A stretch of 61,921 nucleotides of DNA, counting the filler, from Stramenopiles sp. TOSAG23-6 (lineage: Eukaryota), in assembly GCA_900128565.1 (NCBI GenBank). It is 4 parts of 4 records of this genome, joined end to end, with 100 filler letters (N's around TTAATTAATTAA, not from the genome) between each part and the next. Parts side by side here need not be neighbours in the genome. Positions count along the whole stretch, not along the records: positions 31,069 to 46,448 come from LT636117.1; positions 46,549 to 61,921 come from LT636118.1; 2 more parts are not named here. One strand, 5' to 3'. The number at the start of each line of letters is the position of its first letter. Position 1 is the stretch's first letter. Both the position numbers and the translations under genes were made by a program. Below, one piece after another: positions 44,600-56,600 of the stretch. The notes beneath the pieces were generated by a model. It was not told where the DNA came from and ran no database searches. It saw only the letters and a program-made list of their open reading frames with translations.

Positions 44600-46448
44600 A
44601 TGACGGAAGTAATACACACGACTGATTCTCCAACATTTGAAAGTAAATCAGAATCTAATGAATATTTACCGAAACGTCAAAATATAAAACAGCAAAATAT
44701 TGAAACTGATTCAGTAAAGATATCCTTTTCTTTACAAGAGAGCTCTATTACAAGTGATGATTTTGTTCACTGGGTTCGAAAAACTCAAGGAGATAAGGCA
44801 GCAGACCTTCTCTCATATATTCGGAGTTTGTTTCATTCACTTGATATAAAAGGCTCAGGAAAACTAAGTAAGAAAAGAATAAGCAAATTATCAAAAATGC
44901 TTGGAGAACCACTTTATTCAAAGTTTATGGGTTCAAAAATATTAGGAAATTCTAAAAAACTTAAGCGCGCCTTTGCTCAAATGGATGCTGATGGAAATGG
45001 AGAAGTTTCATTAGAAGAGTTTATGAAGTGGTATATGGATCCTAATCGTGAAGGTCAGGGTGAAAAATTTGCACTTGTTGTTGGAATTGTTAATGCGATG
45101 GAGTTGAATAAAAAAAATGCAATACGGTTAAATAAAAATAATGAAATGCGACCAACGACTATAGATAAAATTCCAAAACAAGATGTCGTCGATGATAGGA
45201 AGACAATATTTAATAGTGGAAATTTATATAGTGAAGAAAGAGATGTAGAATTATTGAATAGAAAAAGTCAACAAGATGAATATTTTATAGATTTGGAGTC
45301 CATAGGAGCCAGTGATATTCAATCAATTGAAACGATTGCTTCTATAGATGATATAAATTCCGATACACTTCTTGCATCATCTTTAAAACATATTGTAAGC
45401 AACTCAAAGATAGCAGGTGGTTTACCGGATTATAATTCATATATACAAAAGAAAATTCACGGGTGCTTACCAGAGTTTAGTCAGAGAGAGGCTCAGTTAT
45501 ACAGGCCAATATCACAGTATGCATATCAATTGGTATACAAGGAAAAGCATTTAGATGTAGAAAGTATATTATTTTATACAAAAAACCATTTTAATTGTAT
45601 CTTAAAATTCGCCAAAAATATCAGTATAGAATTTGATGGTAGCACTACTACACAGAGCACGAATATAGCGAGTGGAGTCATGAAAGAACTATATGATGAA
45701 TTATTAATAGCTACAAACTGTGTTCGCACTATATGCCAAGAAGGAAAGATAAAAGGTCATCAAATTCGACAGCGATTAACAACTTCTGCTCAGAATTATG
45801 CTTCTATGACATCTATTTTCGATTCGAAAAATGAAAATGGATCAAAGTTAAATTCAAATTTTAATTCGACCCTGACGTACGGTATTTCATTGCTTAGAGA
45901 GAACTTAATGAAACTTCAGGATAATATTGAAATGTCAAAGTATGAATTTGAAAATATAGATGAAGAATTCACAAAAAGTTCAATACATTTTCTATCAAGT
46001 AAAATTTTGAAAAGTAAACAAACTCTTGAAGAGTGTAAGGAGAAATTAGAAATTGAGTATACCACGTTACAAAAAGATGCTCAATCAAAATGGATCCTGG
46101 AAGACTGTAAAAAACAACAAAAGATATATCTTCCGAATGTATATGTAAATAACAGCCGATCAAATTCCGTGCAGGTTGAGTTTCAGAAAAATATATCTAA
46201 GAATAGTTTGTTATACAATGACGATTTTTTTTGTGATGAAAATCCCGAAATAATTTTCAAACAGTTAGAAGATTCCAAAAGTGACAAGAATAAATTATAT
46301 TTAGAAACTCGATGGGCAATAATCTCCAAATTAGAAAAGTTATATCGCACGGCACAATCAAAGTGTGAATTACTACAAAGACTTCTTCAAAAGACAAACC
46401 TGCCGTTACTACCTTTACATAAAGAATCAAATAATAAAACAAAAACTA
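44600..46448 (+). CDS. EF-hand protein, 3' partial
   Basis: FAQMDADGNGEVSLEEFMKW and LDIKGSGKLSK; truncated by linker. Confidence 0.75.
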
Positions 46449-46548
46449 NNNNNNNNNNNNNNNNNNNNNNNNNNNNNNNNNNNNNNNNNNNNTTAATTAA
46501 TTAANNNNNNNNNNNNNNNNNNNNNNNNNNNNNNNNNNNNNNNNNNNN
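46449..46548. other. Artificial contig linker
   Basis: N-run + TTAATTAATTAA + N-run. Confidence 0.97.
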
Positions 46549-46966
46549 GTAAAGTATATTTATTTATATATATGAAAGAAAAAATTGGGAAAAAGAAAAA
46601 AAAGTAGGAGAGTAATTCTCTTAGGATTGAGTTTATTTAATCTTAATAATAAACAATGAGGTCCGCCAGAATTGTATTGTTGTATATATATATTTATTTA
46701 TAGTTATTGTTGAGAAGTTATGTTTCATTATATTTATGTATAGTTATTGTTGAGAAGTTATGTTTCATTAGAATATTGTAGTTTCTATTGTTGTTCTTTA
46801 TAATAAAAATGGGCATATTACAGTATGTGATGAATGCCCTTCAGCCGGACTCCTGCGGAGAGCTTGTAAATAAAAATGTGACCCTGACCCTCCCAATGGT
46901 AAAGTAAAACTAATGAAAATTCAATAAAACGTTTATTTTTTTGATTTTTTTGATTTTAATCCGAGG

Positions 46967-47252
46967 AAAATATTTCAAAAAAAGTGTTAGGTACAAAATT
47001 ATCTACGGAAAAAAAAACAGGATAACCCGAGGAATAAAAGTCTCGCGAGAATGCATTATGGTCATCGAAAGTATACTTTGAGGCTATTTAAATGCTCAGT
47101 GATGACTTGGTCTAAGTGTATGAAGTTCATGACAAAAAAAAAGAAGTCATTCTATGTATACTTGAGGTGGCTATTTCGGCTATTTCAAAAAAAAAAATTC
47201 CTATTTTTTTGTTTTTCGTACGTAATTTTGTACCTAAGAGATTTTTTTAAAA
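46967..47252. repeat. Inverted pair of introner-core sequences (possible MITE-like element)
   Basis: TTAGGTACAAAATTA..TACGGAAAAAAAAACAGG and CCTATTTTTTTGTTTTTCGTACGTAATTTTGTACCTAA. Confidence 0.55.
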
Positions 47253-47447
47253 GGTTGAGCAAATTGAGCCATCGGGACACAAAACTGCTCAAAAACAGCT
47301 CGAATATTCAATATCTCTCTGTATGTGTAACGGTTACAACGTGAACGAAGGGCAAGTACATATAGGTACTTGTATACGGTACCAAATAAAGGTATCGTGT
47401 CGTTGATTAAACTGTTTGAAAGAGTGATATACCGCACAAAGAACCAA

Positions 47448-48503
47448 ATGAGATATATTATCCTCCAGACTTTACTCCTTTGTATTTATCATATACACGT
47501 AGAATCATTAAAATTTGTTCAATATAATCTTAAGCAATATACTGATGAGAAATGCACTACAGAGGTTACAGAGGAAAAAAACAAAGTACTAAAATCCCCT
47601 TTCTGGAATGTTCTAGATTACCAGGGTTTATGTTGGGTTTATCATACACCTGGAAGTGGTTCTAATCAAGACAGCATAGAAACATCACCATCACCATCAC
47701 CAACAACAACAAAATCAGAAACAAACAAAGACAGTATACAGTCAATAGTCTTTGATTGTGAAGGAACATGGAGTCTTTATAATGACGTAGACTGTGAATC
47801 AGAGAAAAAACAAAAATTAGGTTCGCTGAATCCCGCTATGGGTTTCACAAACTTCAGCATTTTTGAAAAATGCACAAAGTTTGATTATACAAATAATAGT
47901 GATACTGGCACAACAGGAAATACTAAATCTATATATTTGAAAATTACCGGAGAACAAGACTTAAAAGCTGGAGTAAGTTACCCAGAGTGTTGGGGTACAC
48001 CTGAGACTCCTACTGTTTTAGTACGGGAGTGGTCGTCGTTGTACCAAGAAGATAATTCTTCGGCAGATGGTATACTTGAATCCAACTGTGGGGGGAAAGG
48101 TTACATTTTTTCATATATTGTCTCAGACAAAGGTTCATGCTGGAGATATTTTAATAAAACTGGATCAATGAAATTAGACTGTGATGGAACTTGGAAAATA
48201 TATAGTACACCAACCTGTGATGGTCCTGTGCTGGATATATATAACATTTCCCCTAGTAGTGAGTCAGTAGCTGATACAATTGCAGAAAAGATTCATCTGA
48301 GTGTAGAATATCTAACAAGTGAAGAATGTTCCCAATTTCGGCATTCCAACGACTATGATGGGGTTACTGCAAAAATTAAAACACCTAATTTAGTTGCTGG
48401 TAAACATTATCCAAAATGTTGGGACAGAGCTTCTGTTCCCCAACCCTCAATGTTTTTAGTAGTGATGATACTTTTTACTGTTATTAGTAGCCAACTTCAT
48501 TGA
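47448..48503 (+). CDS. Secreted, probably GPI-anchored Cys-rich protein with two internal repeats
   Basis: Signal peptide; repeat G.CW...DC.GTW..Y....C...L.AG..YP.CW; hydrophobic C-terminus. Confidence 0.75.
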   Translation: MRYIILQTLLLCIYHIHVESLKFVQYNLKQYTDEKCTTEVTEEKNKVLKSPFWNVLDYQGLCWVYHTPGSGSNQDSIETSPSPSPTTTKSETNKDSIQSIVFDCEGTWSLYNDVDCESEKKQKLGSLNPAMGFTNFSIFEKCTKFDYTNNSDTGTTGNTKSIYLKITGEQDLKAGVSYPECWGTPETPTVLVREWSSLYQEDNSSADGILESNCGGKGYIFSYIVSDKGSCWRYFNKTGSMKLDCDGTWKIYSTPTCDGPVLDIYNISPSSESVADTIAEKIHLSVEYLTSEECSQFRHSNDYDGVTAKIKTPNLVAGKHYPKCWDRASVPQPSMFLVVMILFTVISSQLH

Positions 48504-48990
48504 AAACATTTATAGAAATATATTATTTTTCTTTTGATAAATTCAAATTCTTTTAATCAAAAAAACTCATACAACTATGCTATGTTTTATAGAGAAACTA
48601 TTTCCAAATTAACTGGGCTAAAAAACATACCACAATTACCAACCAACACCTTTTCCCATCCAATGGGAATTGTACGCTGCTTCCAATTATTGATTTAGTC
48701 AGTACCATTATACCAATTATATTTGAAATAAATAAACATCGAAATCATTTAAATGTAAACAGTACTCATCTTTTGGAAACAAAAACGAACATATCTCCAA
48801 TAATCTATACAATATATCAATTATACTTGAAATAAATAAATATTCTCATGTAACAACCTTTTGACACTATACCATTGATTGTACAATAGTGTATCCTACA
48901 ATATCTACAAGTATAAATCTATATTTTATTCAAAAGACTAACAGTGATTAATTACGGTAATAATCTATCATACTGAGAAAGTACTGTATA

Positions 48991-50976
48991 TTATCGAGTA
49001 CTAGTTCTCCAAGCAGTGTTACTTTCTAAATGATTGGATGGGCTTTTTTCTATTTCACTAATCGTTGTACTTGGACAAGAATGTTCACTATCTGCACCAG
49101 CAATGCATAGTCTTTGTCCATGTCTTGTTAATGTTGTGCCACCAAAAGAATAGTGTCCACTTGTCACATCTTGTCTACTACCAGATCCATGTGGACAGAA
49201 ATATCTCTCTCCACCACATTCTCGGAAAGAACTACTACTCCCCTCAGGACAATAATATCCTGCAGCACAAGGACCTGTACACTTGTTGTTGGTAAGACCT
49301 TCAGTTGATCCATATGTACCTGGAGGGCATGGGATTGGTGTGATTGAACCGAGAGGGCAGTAATTACCAGCTGGGCAGTTTCCAGAACATAATTGTGAAT
49401 CAAGTCCAGATTTTAAGCCATATACACCAGGTGGACACTGAATGCGCTCACCTCCTACACAATATGATCCGGGTGGGCAAATTACCTGAGAACTTCTTGT
49501 ATTTTTTCCACCTTTAGTAGTATAAAATCCAATCGAAACCTTGATTGGTTTAGGTGAAGCAGCTGGACAATATACACTAATACCACCACATTGTTTTGCA
49601 GTTGATGTAATTGATCCCGTGGGACAGTAATAACCTTCTGAGCAATTACCTTCGCATGTTTTTTCCTTTGTATATGTTGTATAAGCATTATCACTAAAAT
49701 AATCAGTGTTCCCATTATTATATATACCTACACAATGCACAGTATCATTATCATTTGCATTTTTTTCTCTTGAAAACCCTTTACATCCACCATTATTTAT
49801 GATCATACTACAGTGAATCTTACACTGTTTTAAAGTGCCTTTTAAATTCCAATTTGAACCGTTGCGTTGATATGAATATCCAGGATTTAGTGTATAAACT
49901 GGATCACTTGTTTTAGATTGTGTACTGTATGTTCCACTGGGGCAAAGTATCTTCAAACCTCTCACACAATATGACCCAGGTGGACATGGTAACTGATGTG
50001 AACGGGTTGTTTCTGGAAAATTTCCATCCTCGCCTTCCAATGGCAATGTATAATACCCCAAAGATACAGGTGTCGGCTGAGATGACCCTTTTGGGCAAAA
50101 TACATCGCTTCTACCACATTGCCTTTCTTTTGCTGATTTTGATCCAAAAGGACAATAAAAACCAGCTGTGCATGTATTACTACAGAATCGATTGCTTAAA
50201 CCTTTTCTGTTGCCAAAATAGCCAGCAGGGCAGAGTTTTGGTAGAATAGATGACATTTCACAATAACTCCCCACTGGACATTGCCCAGAACAATCTTTGG
50301 TAGTCAGTCCTGCTTTATTACCATATACGCCAACAGGGCAAGGCTTTGGTAGGATAGATGACATTACACAATAACTCCCCGCGGGGCAGGGTCCAGAACA
50401 CTCTTTAGTAGACAGTCCTGCATTCCTACCATATACACCTGGAGGACAGGGGTTTTTTATACCATTTTTGCAGTACCAACCTGGTTCACACTGTTTCTGT
50501 GCTTGTCTCGTTGTGCTTGAAGCACTAATCAATGGAATTGTATAATATCCAGTATCTACATGGCGTGGTGATCCAGAACCTTCTGGGCAGAATACTTGGT
50601 CTTCATTTTTACCAGTTATTCCACAAGTATGTTGCCGAGATGATACAGCGCCAGGATTTGTATAATATCCTGCTTGAGACAGTCCCGAACATTTTGCAGA
50701 GCTTAATCCGCGGTCTTTACCATACGTTCCTGCAGGACATTGCTTTTCTTTATTGGATGTTGAACCTGGAGGACAATAGTGACCCCTAGAACATAGTCCA
50801 CTACAGTCAGATGTTGTTGCTCCCGAATAATCACCATAGCGACCCGAAGGACATAAAGCACATTTATTTTTTTTCGCCTCTACAACCCCATCAACCAAGT
50901 AGTATCCTGCACTACATTTAGAAAGTCCGCCTGGTATAAACGCAAAAAGTATTGCAAATATTTGAACATAGTGCAT
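48991..50976 (-). CDS. Secreted Cys-rich repeat protein (GCC2/GCC3, CPxGxYC repeats)
   Basis: Signal peptide; many CPAGxYC / CSGxCxxGxYCPxGS repeats. Confidence 0.88.
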   Translation of the reverse strand: MHYVQIFAILFAFIPGGLSKCSAGYYLVDGVVEAKKNKCALCPSGRYGDYSGATTSDCSGLCSRGHYCPPGSTSNKEKQCPAGTYGKDRGLSSAKCSGLSQAGYYTNPGAVSSRQHTCGITGKNEDQVFCPEGSGSPRHVDTGYYTIPLISASSTTRQAQKQCEPGWYCKNGIKNPCPPGVYGRNAGLSTKECSGPCPAGSYCVMSSILPKPCPVGVYGNKAGLTTKDCSGQCPVGSYCEMSSILPKLCPAGYFGNRKGLSNRFCSNTCTAGFYCPFGSKSAKERQCGRSDVFCPKGSSQPTPVSLGYYTLPLEGEDGNFPETTRSHQLPCPPGSYCVRGLKILCPSGTYSTQSKTSDPVYTLNPGYSYQRNGSNWNLKGTLKQCKIHCSMIINNGGCKGFSREKNANDNDTVHCVGIYNNGNTDYFSDNAYTTYTKEKTCEGNCSEGYYCPTGSITSTAKQCGGISVYCPAASPKPIKVSIGFYTTKGGKNTRSSQVICPPGSYCVGGERIQCPPGVYGLKSGLDSQLCSGNCPAGNYCPLGSITPIPCPPGTYGSTEGLTNNKCTGPCAAGYYCPEGSSSSFRECGGERYFCPHGSGSRQDVTSGHYSFGGTTLTRHGQRLCIAGADSEHSCPSTTISEIEKSPSNHLESNTAWRTSTR

Positions 50977-51573
50977 CTTTACAATAGATAACTGTACAAT
51001 GTGACTGAATTGTATTGTAACTTATAACGAACGTAACTATCGACTGGTAGTAATGGTACCTTACCACTAGGATACTGACTGGTAGTACTATCACTCAGGA
51101 TACTTGCCAGTAATATGGGTGTATGTTGTACTGTGTGTCGTAGTCAGCAACCCAATACAAAGAGGGTGTATACTTATAAAGTGCCCTAATATACGAGTAG
51201 TACTAGGTTACTAGAGCTAACGCTAAATTAGCAGTTACAAAAATGCCGTTGCGGGTTCACCAGCTACTACTAGTACTAGTAGTACTATATTTGTGTTATC
51301 GTTATCATCTAAGATCGATACTAGCTAACAAAGTCACAGTAGTACGCCAGTAGTTACTTTATAAGATTTGATAACAACTCACTGCAAGCAGCAACTGTTG
51401 CTTTAGACGAGATTACAAGAAGTAACGTGAACATCTCTCATTCTTTTTTATCTTTACTTACGACGAAAGCGCTTTCTGGACACAAACTTGTAAACCTTCA
51501 ATACCGGGATACATCATAGAAATTAGTAGAACAATATTTTGATTACTTAATTTATTGCAGTATTATAGAAGGA

Positions 51574-53391
51574 ATGGATTTAAAAGGAAAGAGCAACTCC
51601 ATTTCACTTCCAAGACCAAAATTAGCGTCGAAGGAGAATATAGTTGATCAAAGTCATTTAGTTATGGAAGCTGAAGCTCGGCGAATCAGAAGAGAGGCTA
51701 AAACTGCTGAAAGCCAATGGCATGCTGACTGTGTTCTTCAAGAGCAATCGAAAATAAGTCTTGCGAGTGTGTCATCTTTGACACCAACTCTGACAGAAGA
51801 AACTCTTGCTTATGAAATTTGTACATCGCGGGAAAAGATTCATCATATTCTTGCAGAGCTATCATCTTGTCACAAAGAATTTAAGTCAATATCCAAGCAA
51901 ATTTTCAATGAAACTGATGGATTTGTTGCAAATAAGATAAATAATAGTGAAACGACTGATGATGATGATACAACGCTACAAGTGTATACTAGTGAAACAA
52001 ATGATGATGATGATGATGATACAACACTGCAAGTAAAAAATAGTGAAACGACTAATCAAGGCACTACAATACTAAAACTAAATAATAGTGAAACGACTGT
52101 TGATGATGCTACAACACTAAAAGTAAATAATAGTGAAAAACCTTACCGAAAGACACAAAAAGAAGAAGCAAAACAATGTTTTAAAAGTCGATTTAATATA
52201 TCTGAGCAAAATGAAACTGGTTACGCAAAGTGTCTTAAAAAGCTAAAACATGGATTTCACAGCACCAAATCATCAGATGATGTTTTGAGCACAGTATTCA
52301 ACTTAATGATTGTTCATTCTGAAAGTTTTATCAGTTTTTTTGACTTTAAGAAATTTATTCAAAAAAAGACAAAACTAAATGACTTTGAGTGTGCCATTTT
52401 ATTTAAAGAACTTGATGATAAAAATGAGGGCAAAATAAGTACACATCAACTGCTTGATGCTATAACTCAAAGGTCGTCACAAGACACAAAATTTACAGAA
52501 CATAATAAAAACAATGTAAATACTAATTACATTAATCGTAGAAAGCGAATAAGGGAATACGATATAAACCGAAAGTGTAGAATCCAAGGTAATAGTTACA
52601 ATATCATCGATAAGCCAGCTTATCATCAAAGTAAGAGGTACCTCGCTAAACTAAATAGTCATCAACGAAGTCTACAGATAAGCAAACCAAATGATACAGT
52701 TTCTGAAAATGTTGATAATATACCAAATCTTAAAACATTTCATGACAATCTAAACAATATGCCGATGCTTAATAAAAGCACTATTATCAATATTGTAGAA
52801 TATATTGCAACTATCCAAGAAGTCAATATGTCACTCCTTCAAGCTCAAGAGTGTAATACAATATTAGAATCTTTATTGATATATTGTCGGTCAATTACTT
52901 TTGAGAGTCATTTTAATCATGGCCATAAACTAATTCCAAATGCATCCCATGCACAAGGATTACTAACCAAAATTGCTGCGGCCATAAAAGCAACATTAAA
53001 TCCATTGCGGGATATTGTCCCAAGATCACAAACATCAGAAGAAAGTAAGTTATATACTTTTCCAACTTCGACATCATTACAAAAGCAAAATGCTAATGTA
53101 AGATACAGGTCTAGTAATTTTTCTCCCCTTCCGCCAAAATATTTCATTACTGTAGATGCACCAACATCTTTGCCACTAGAAAGCAGCAGCTCGCCAACAT
53201 ATATGCAATCAACTAGAAGGCAAAGAATAAAGAGAACCCCAAGAACCCTAAAACAGTTGATTAAAGAGAAATCTTCAATTAATTTACAAAAACAAATATC
53301 TCACACATTCAAAATATACAAAGACGACCCTTGTACCATCAAAATACCAGAAAAAAGAGCCAAGTCGAAAATTACTAGTGTTTTTGAATAA
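51574..53391 (+). CDS. Hypothetical protein with degenerate EF-hand and short internal repeats
   Basis: LFKELDDKNEGKISTHQL; NSETT..D.TTL.V repeats. Confidence 0.7.
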   Translation: MDLKGKSNSISLPRPKLASKENIVDQSHLVMEAEARRIRREAKTAESQWHADCVLQEQSKISLASVSSLTPTLTEETLAYEICTSREKIHHILAELSSCHKEFKSISKQIFNETDGFVANKINNSETTDDDDTTLQVYTSETNDDDDDDTTLQVKNSETTNQGTTILKLNNSETTVDDATTLKVNNSEKPYRKTQKEEAKQCFKSRFNISEQNETGYAKCLKKLKHGFHSTKSSDDVLSTVFNLMIVHSESFISFFDFKKFIQKKTKLNDFECAILFKELDDKNEGKISTHQLLDAITQRSSQDTKFTEHNKNNVNTNYINRRKRIREYDINRKCRIQGNSYNIIDKPAYHQSKRYLAKLNSHQRSLQISKPNDTVSENVDNIPNLKTFHDNLNNMPMLNKSTIINIVEYIATIQEVNMSLLQAQECNTILESLLIYCRSITFESHFNHGHKLIPNASHAQGLLTKIAAAIKATLNPLRDIVPRSQTSEESKLYTFPTSTSLQKQNANVRYRSSNFSPLPPKYFITVDAPTSLPLESSSSPTYMQSTRRQRIKRTPRTLKQLIKEKSSINLQKQISHTFKIYKDDPCTIKIPEKRAKSKITSVFE

Positions 53392-53644
53392 ATAATTTAT
53401 AAAGAGTTTTTCAATTGCTTTTATATTTTTTCTAGAAAAAAGCGTCCAGGGAAATAACCAAAGAAAACATATGTCAATCCGAAGTATATTTGGACGATAT
53501 AATAATAGTCATTTATCTAATCACAAGAAACGTAAGATACATTTTCTGTTTTTAGCTAACTTTACAGGTAAAGACAAGTTAGAAAATGAAAGCTCCAAGT
53601 ATCATAACATATACTACCTCTCTCTTCATAATAAAATTACATTT

Positions 53645-56600
53645 TTATTCCAACACATTACTCGCCTCTATACTCGCTACATCAGTTTTTTCATTATCAT
53701 ACCAATGTTTGTAATTACCCGTCTCAATCGCCATTCGGTCTTGAGATCTAAAAATATTTACAATAACACTAAAAATATTTTCCTCTACATACATACATTT
53801 TCGTATATGTAAGTCTCGACTTTCTCTATCATTTGTCATCATTTCTTGCCCGCTAGCTCTTTCATTTGCAACAGTCTCAGATGGAGGAAATTGTGCCATA
53901 ATTCGAGCTTGGCCCATAATAGCACAAAGAGACTCTAAATGAAAACACTCTGGCATTTCTTGATAGCACAAAGAAGCCTTGGTTGAGAAAACGCCTTGTA
54001 AAAGTAAAGCTACGGTGAAAAAGAAGGCGGAATATAAAGTAAAAATAGATGATGAATTCACCAAAATTGATTCAACACTATAAGTACCTAAAAATAGAGC
54101 AAATACACCGGTTTGGTACTGTTCATAAAAAAACTTGACGTTGTCGTTGAAGTCAAAATTTAGGCTAGGATCTGATTCATTCCTGCAATATGAATTTAAA
54201 TAGTTAGTATACTCTGGATTTTCTAAATCTAAGTAGGTTGTGGGTTGTTCGCTTTCTTCAGAGTTTTGAGCCGCTCCGGAACCGGTAAAACAATATTTTG
54301 CAGTATCTCCTCTGCAGCAACTCGTTGACACTAAATTTGAAAAGTCAGCCTTTTTTTTCCTTTCTTCTTTAAAATACCTACACGATTGGAAACATTTAAT
54401 TGCATTAGCATCCCATGGAACTCCCCACCATGATAGCATCGGTTCAAATCCAAATGGATGACAACATTCTTTACAACCATCGTAAAGAATGCTTGTTTTA
54501 TCAATAATTGTTTTTGAATAACAAGAAATAGCTGCACTACGCACTGAATCATCGTACACTTCGTTTTTTTGGTAATCATAAGTATCCGAGATCAAGATAT
54601 CACACGACGCGTGCTCTGTTGATAAATTGGAATTGAAGACAAGATTATCATTTTCGAGTATAAATATCAGTGGATATAAAGCATCGACTGTGAATATTCT
54701 CTGGTATGGGTCGATAACTGTCTTTGGATCTTGCATTAATGCAAGATCCAAAGACATTTTTTCTTTTTGGTTCAGAACTCTCTGGATGTTATAATCCCCA
54801 TAATTGGTCTTTATGCTTAAATTAATAAAAATAGTGTCGTCGTTCTTAATTTCCAATTCCATGCCTGGATAAGATTTCCAGTTTGTCTGACTATTTGTGC
54901 CAACATATGCTAACTGTGAGTAATCTGGATAAATTTGACTACTCCCCAAATTAAAATTTACATAAACAGAAGAACCCAGACATTCAAACGACAATACCTC
55001 TTCTGAGATATTATCGTTTACGGTATTAAACTTAACCGGAAAACTTTTGGGGCATGCACCTTTTGCTGGCAATGTTTTTTCCCAACCCATCTGTCCATAA
55101 ACGGTACCCGATTCACTGATTACTGCAGTATGCAACACCCCATAGAGAAGAGAAAAGTTAGTATTCATCCATGTAACAGTGGTTGGCTTTTTTGATGGAT
55201 TAAAGTCAGAATACACAAATAATGGTGCCAAAATTATACCTACAAGTATAATTACAAATGCATAGCCCATGAAAATCTTTTTATGTAATGGTTGAGGTGT
55301 TCCTTTGTTTCGTTTCTCCAACATTCTTGAATGCATATCACAAATCGCATACACAATGGTGAAATGAATCTCCTGGAGTTTGTTCCATTCGCCCCAATAG
55401 AGTGTTGTAGTTGAACATGCCCAGTCTATGATTATGCATATCTGAGGTACAAATGGAGCATATTTCCAAATAAAATATATGTAAAGCCAAAAATCGCTAA
55501 TATGTTCTCTTGAAACAAAAGTATATGGGTTGCGAAATATTGGATAACCATATGCAATTTGTAATGACGATACAAGAAAATACAAGGAGCCTAAAAATCG
55601 CAAATAGAATGACCCAGTAAAATACGCAAAAAAAGTATCCCTGCTATAGATACTTACACATGCAACTACAAAAACACTTAGCAGCATAAAGTGTATCACC
55701 ACTTTGAATATTATCGATCGCTTCAAGTATATAACTCTTTCAGCCACTAATATAAAGAGAGTTATAACTATTGATACGATATATCTATAGGAAATAAAGT
55801 TCCTTTTCAATTGGTCAGCAAAGTCATTATTGAAGATCAAACATATAAGATAAAACAATTGAATAACTACGGTTTGGTTATAAAAATTATGACCTGGCTT
55901 GTCTTTGGAAGCTATGCCTAAATTTTTCCATGAGAATATGATAAAAGCCCAAACATCAAATTTTTTTCCATCTTGTCCACATTTGGCGTAAAATTCGGCA
56001 TCATACGAATTTAAAAAACGCACACCACTCATGAATTGATCATTCAGTATTCTCTTCTGTTCTCTATATCTAGAAAATCTAGAATCTATTTTTCTACTCA
56101 TATTTTTATCCTTCGTTTTTAACTTAATTGGGGACTTACTTAAAGTCAAAATTTCTTGAACAGTATCATTAGTTTTAGAATATTTGGTCTCGGCATGTTC
56201 ATTTAAATCCTTAGTTTTATCAAGAATCAATTCGGGTAAATTCGCCTTCGGTAACTCAGTCGAGTTCATCCTGTTCCAAACTACCACATTATATATGTTT
56301 TTGACAGTCATCTTACGGAAAATCTTTTGTAAAAAAAATTTACCCAAAGTATAGCGTTCTTCTGTTTCTTGCCAGTACACAATACCATCAGAATAAGACA
56401 TTTGTATCTCGTGAAAAATAAAAATTGCGAGTACAATGCTAGAGAGAGACGTAAAAATAAAGGCACTGGGATGATGATCTTGAAGAGATGAGCTCTTAGA
56501 ATTACCTGAAACAGCTTGACGAAACATTAGGCTGGGTTTCAGGGTAGGTTGAATGCTAACTTCTACTTCCGATTCTTGACATATAGCCTTGCATGAATCA

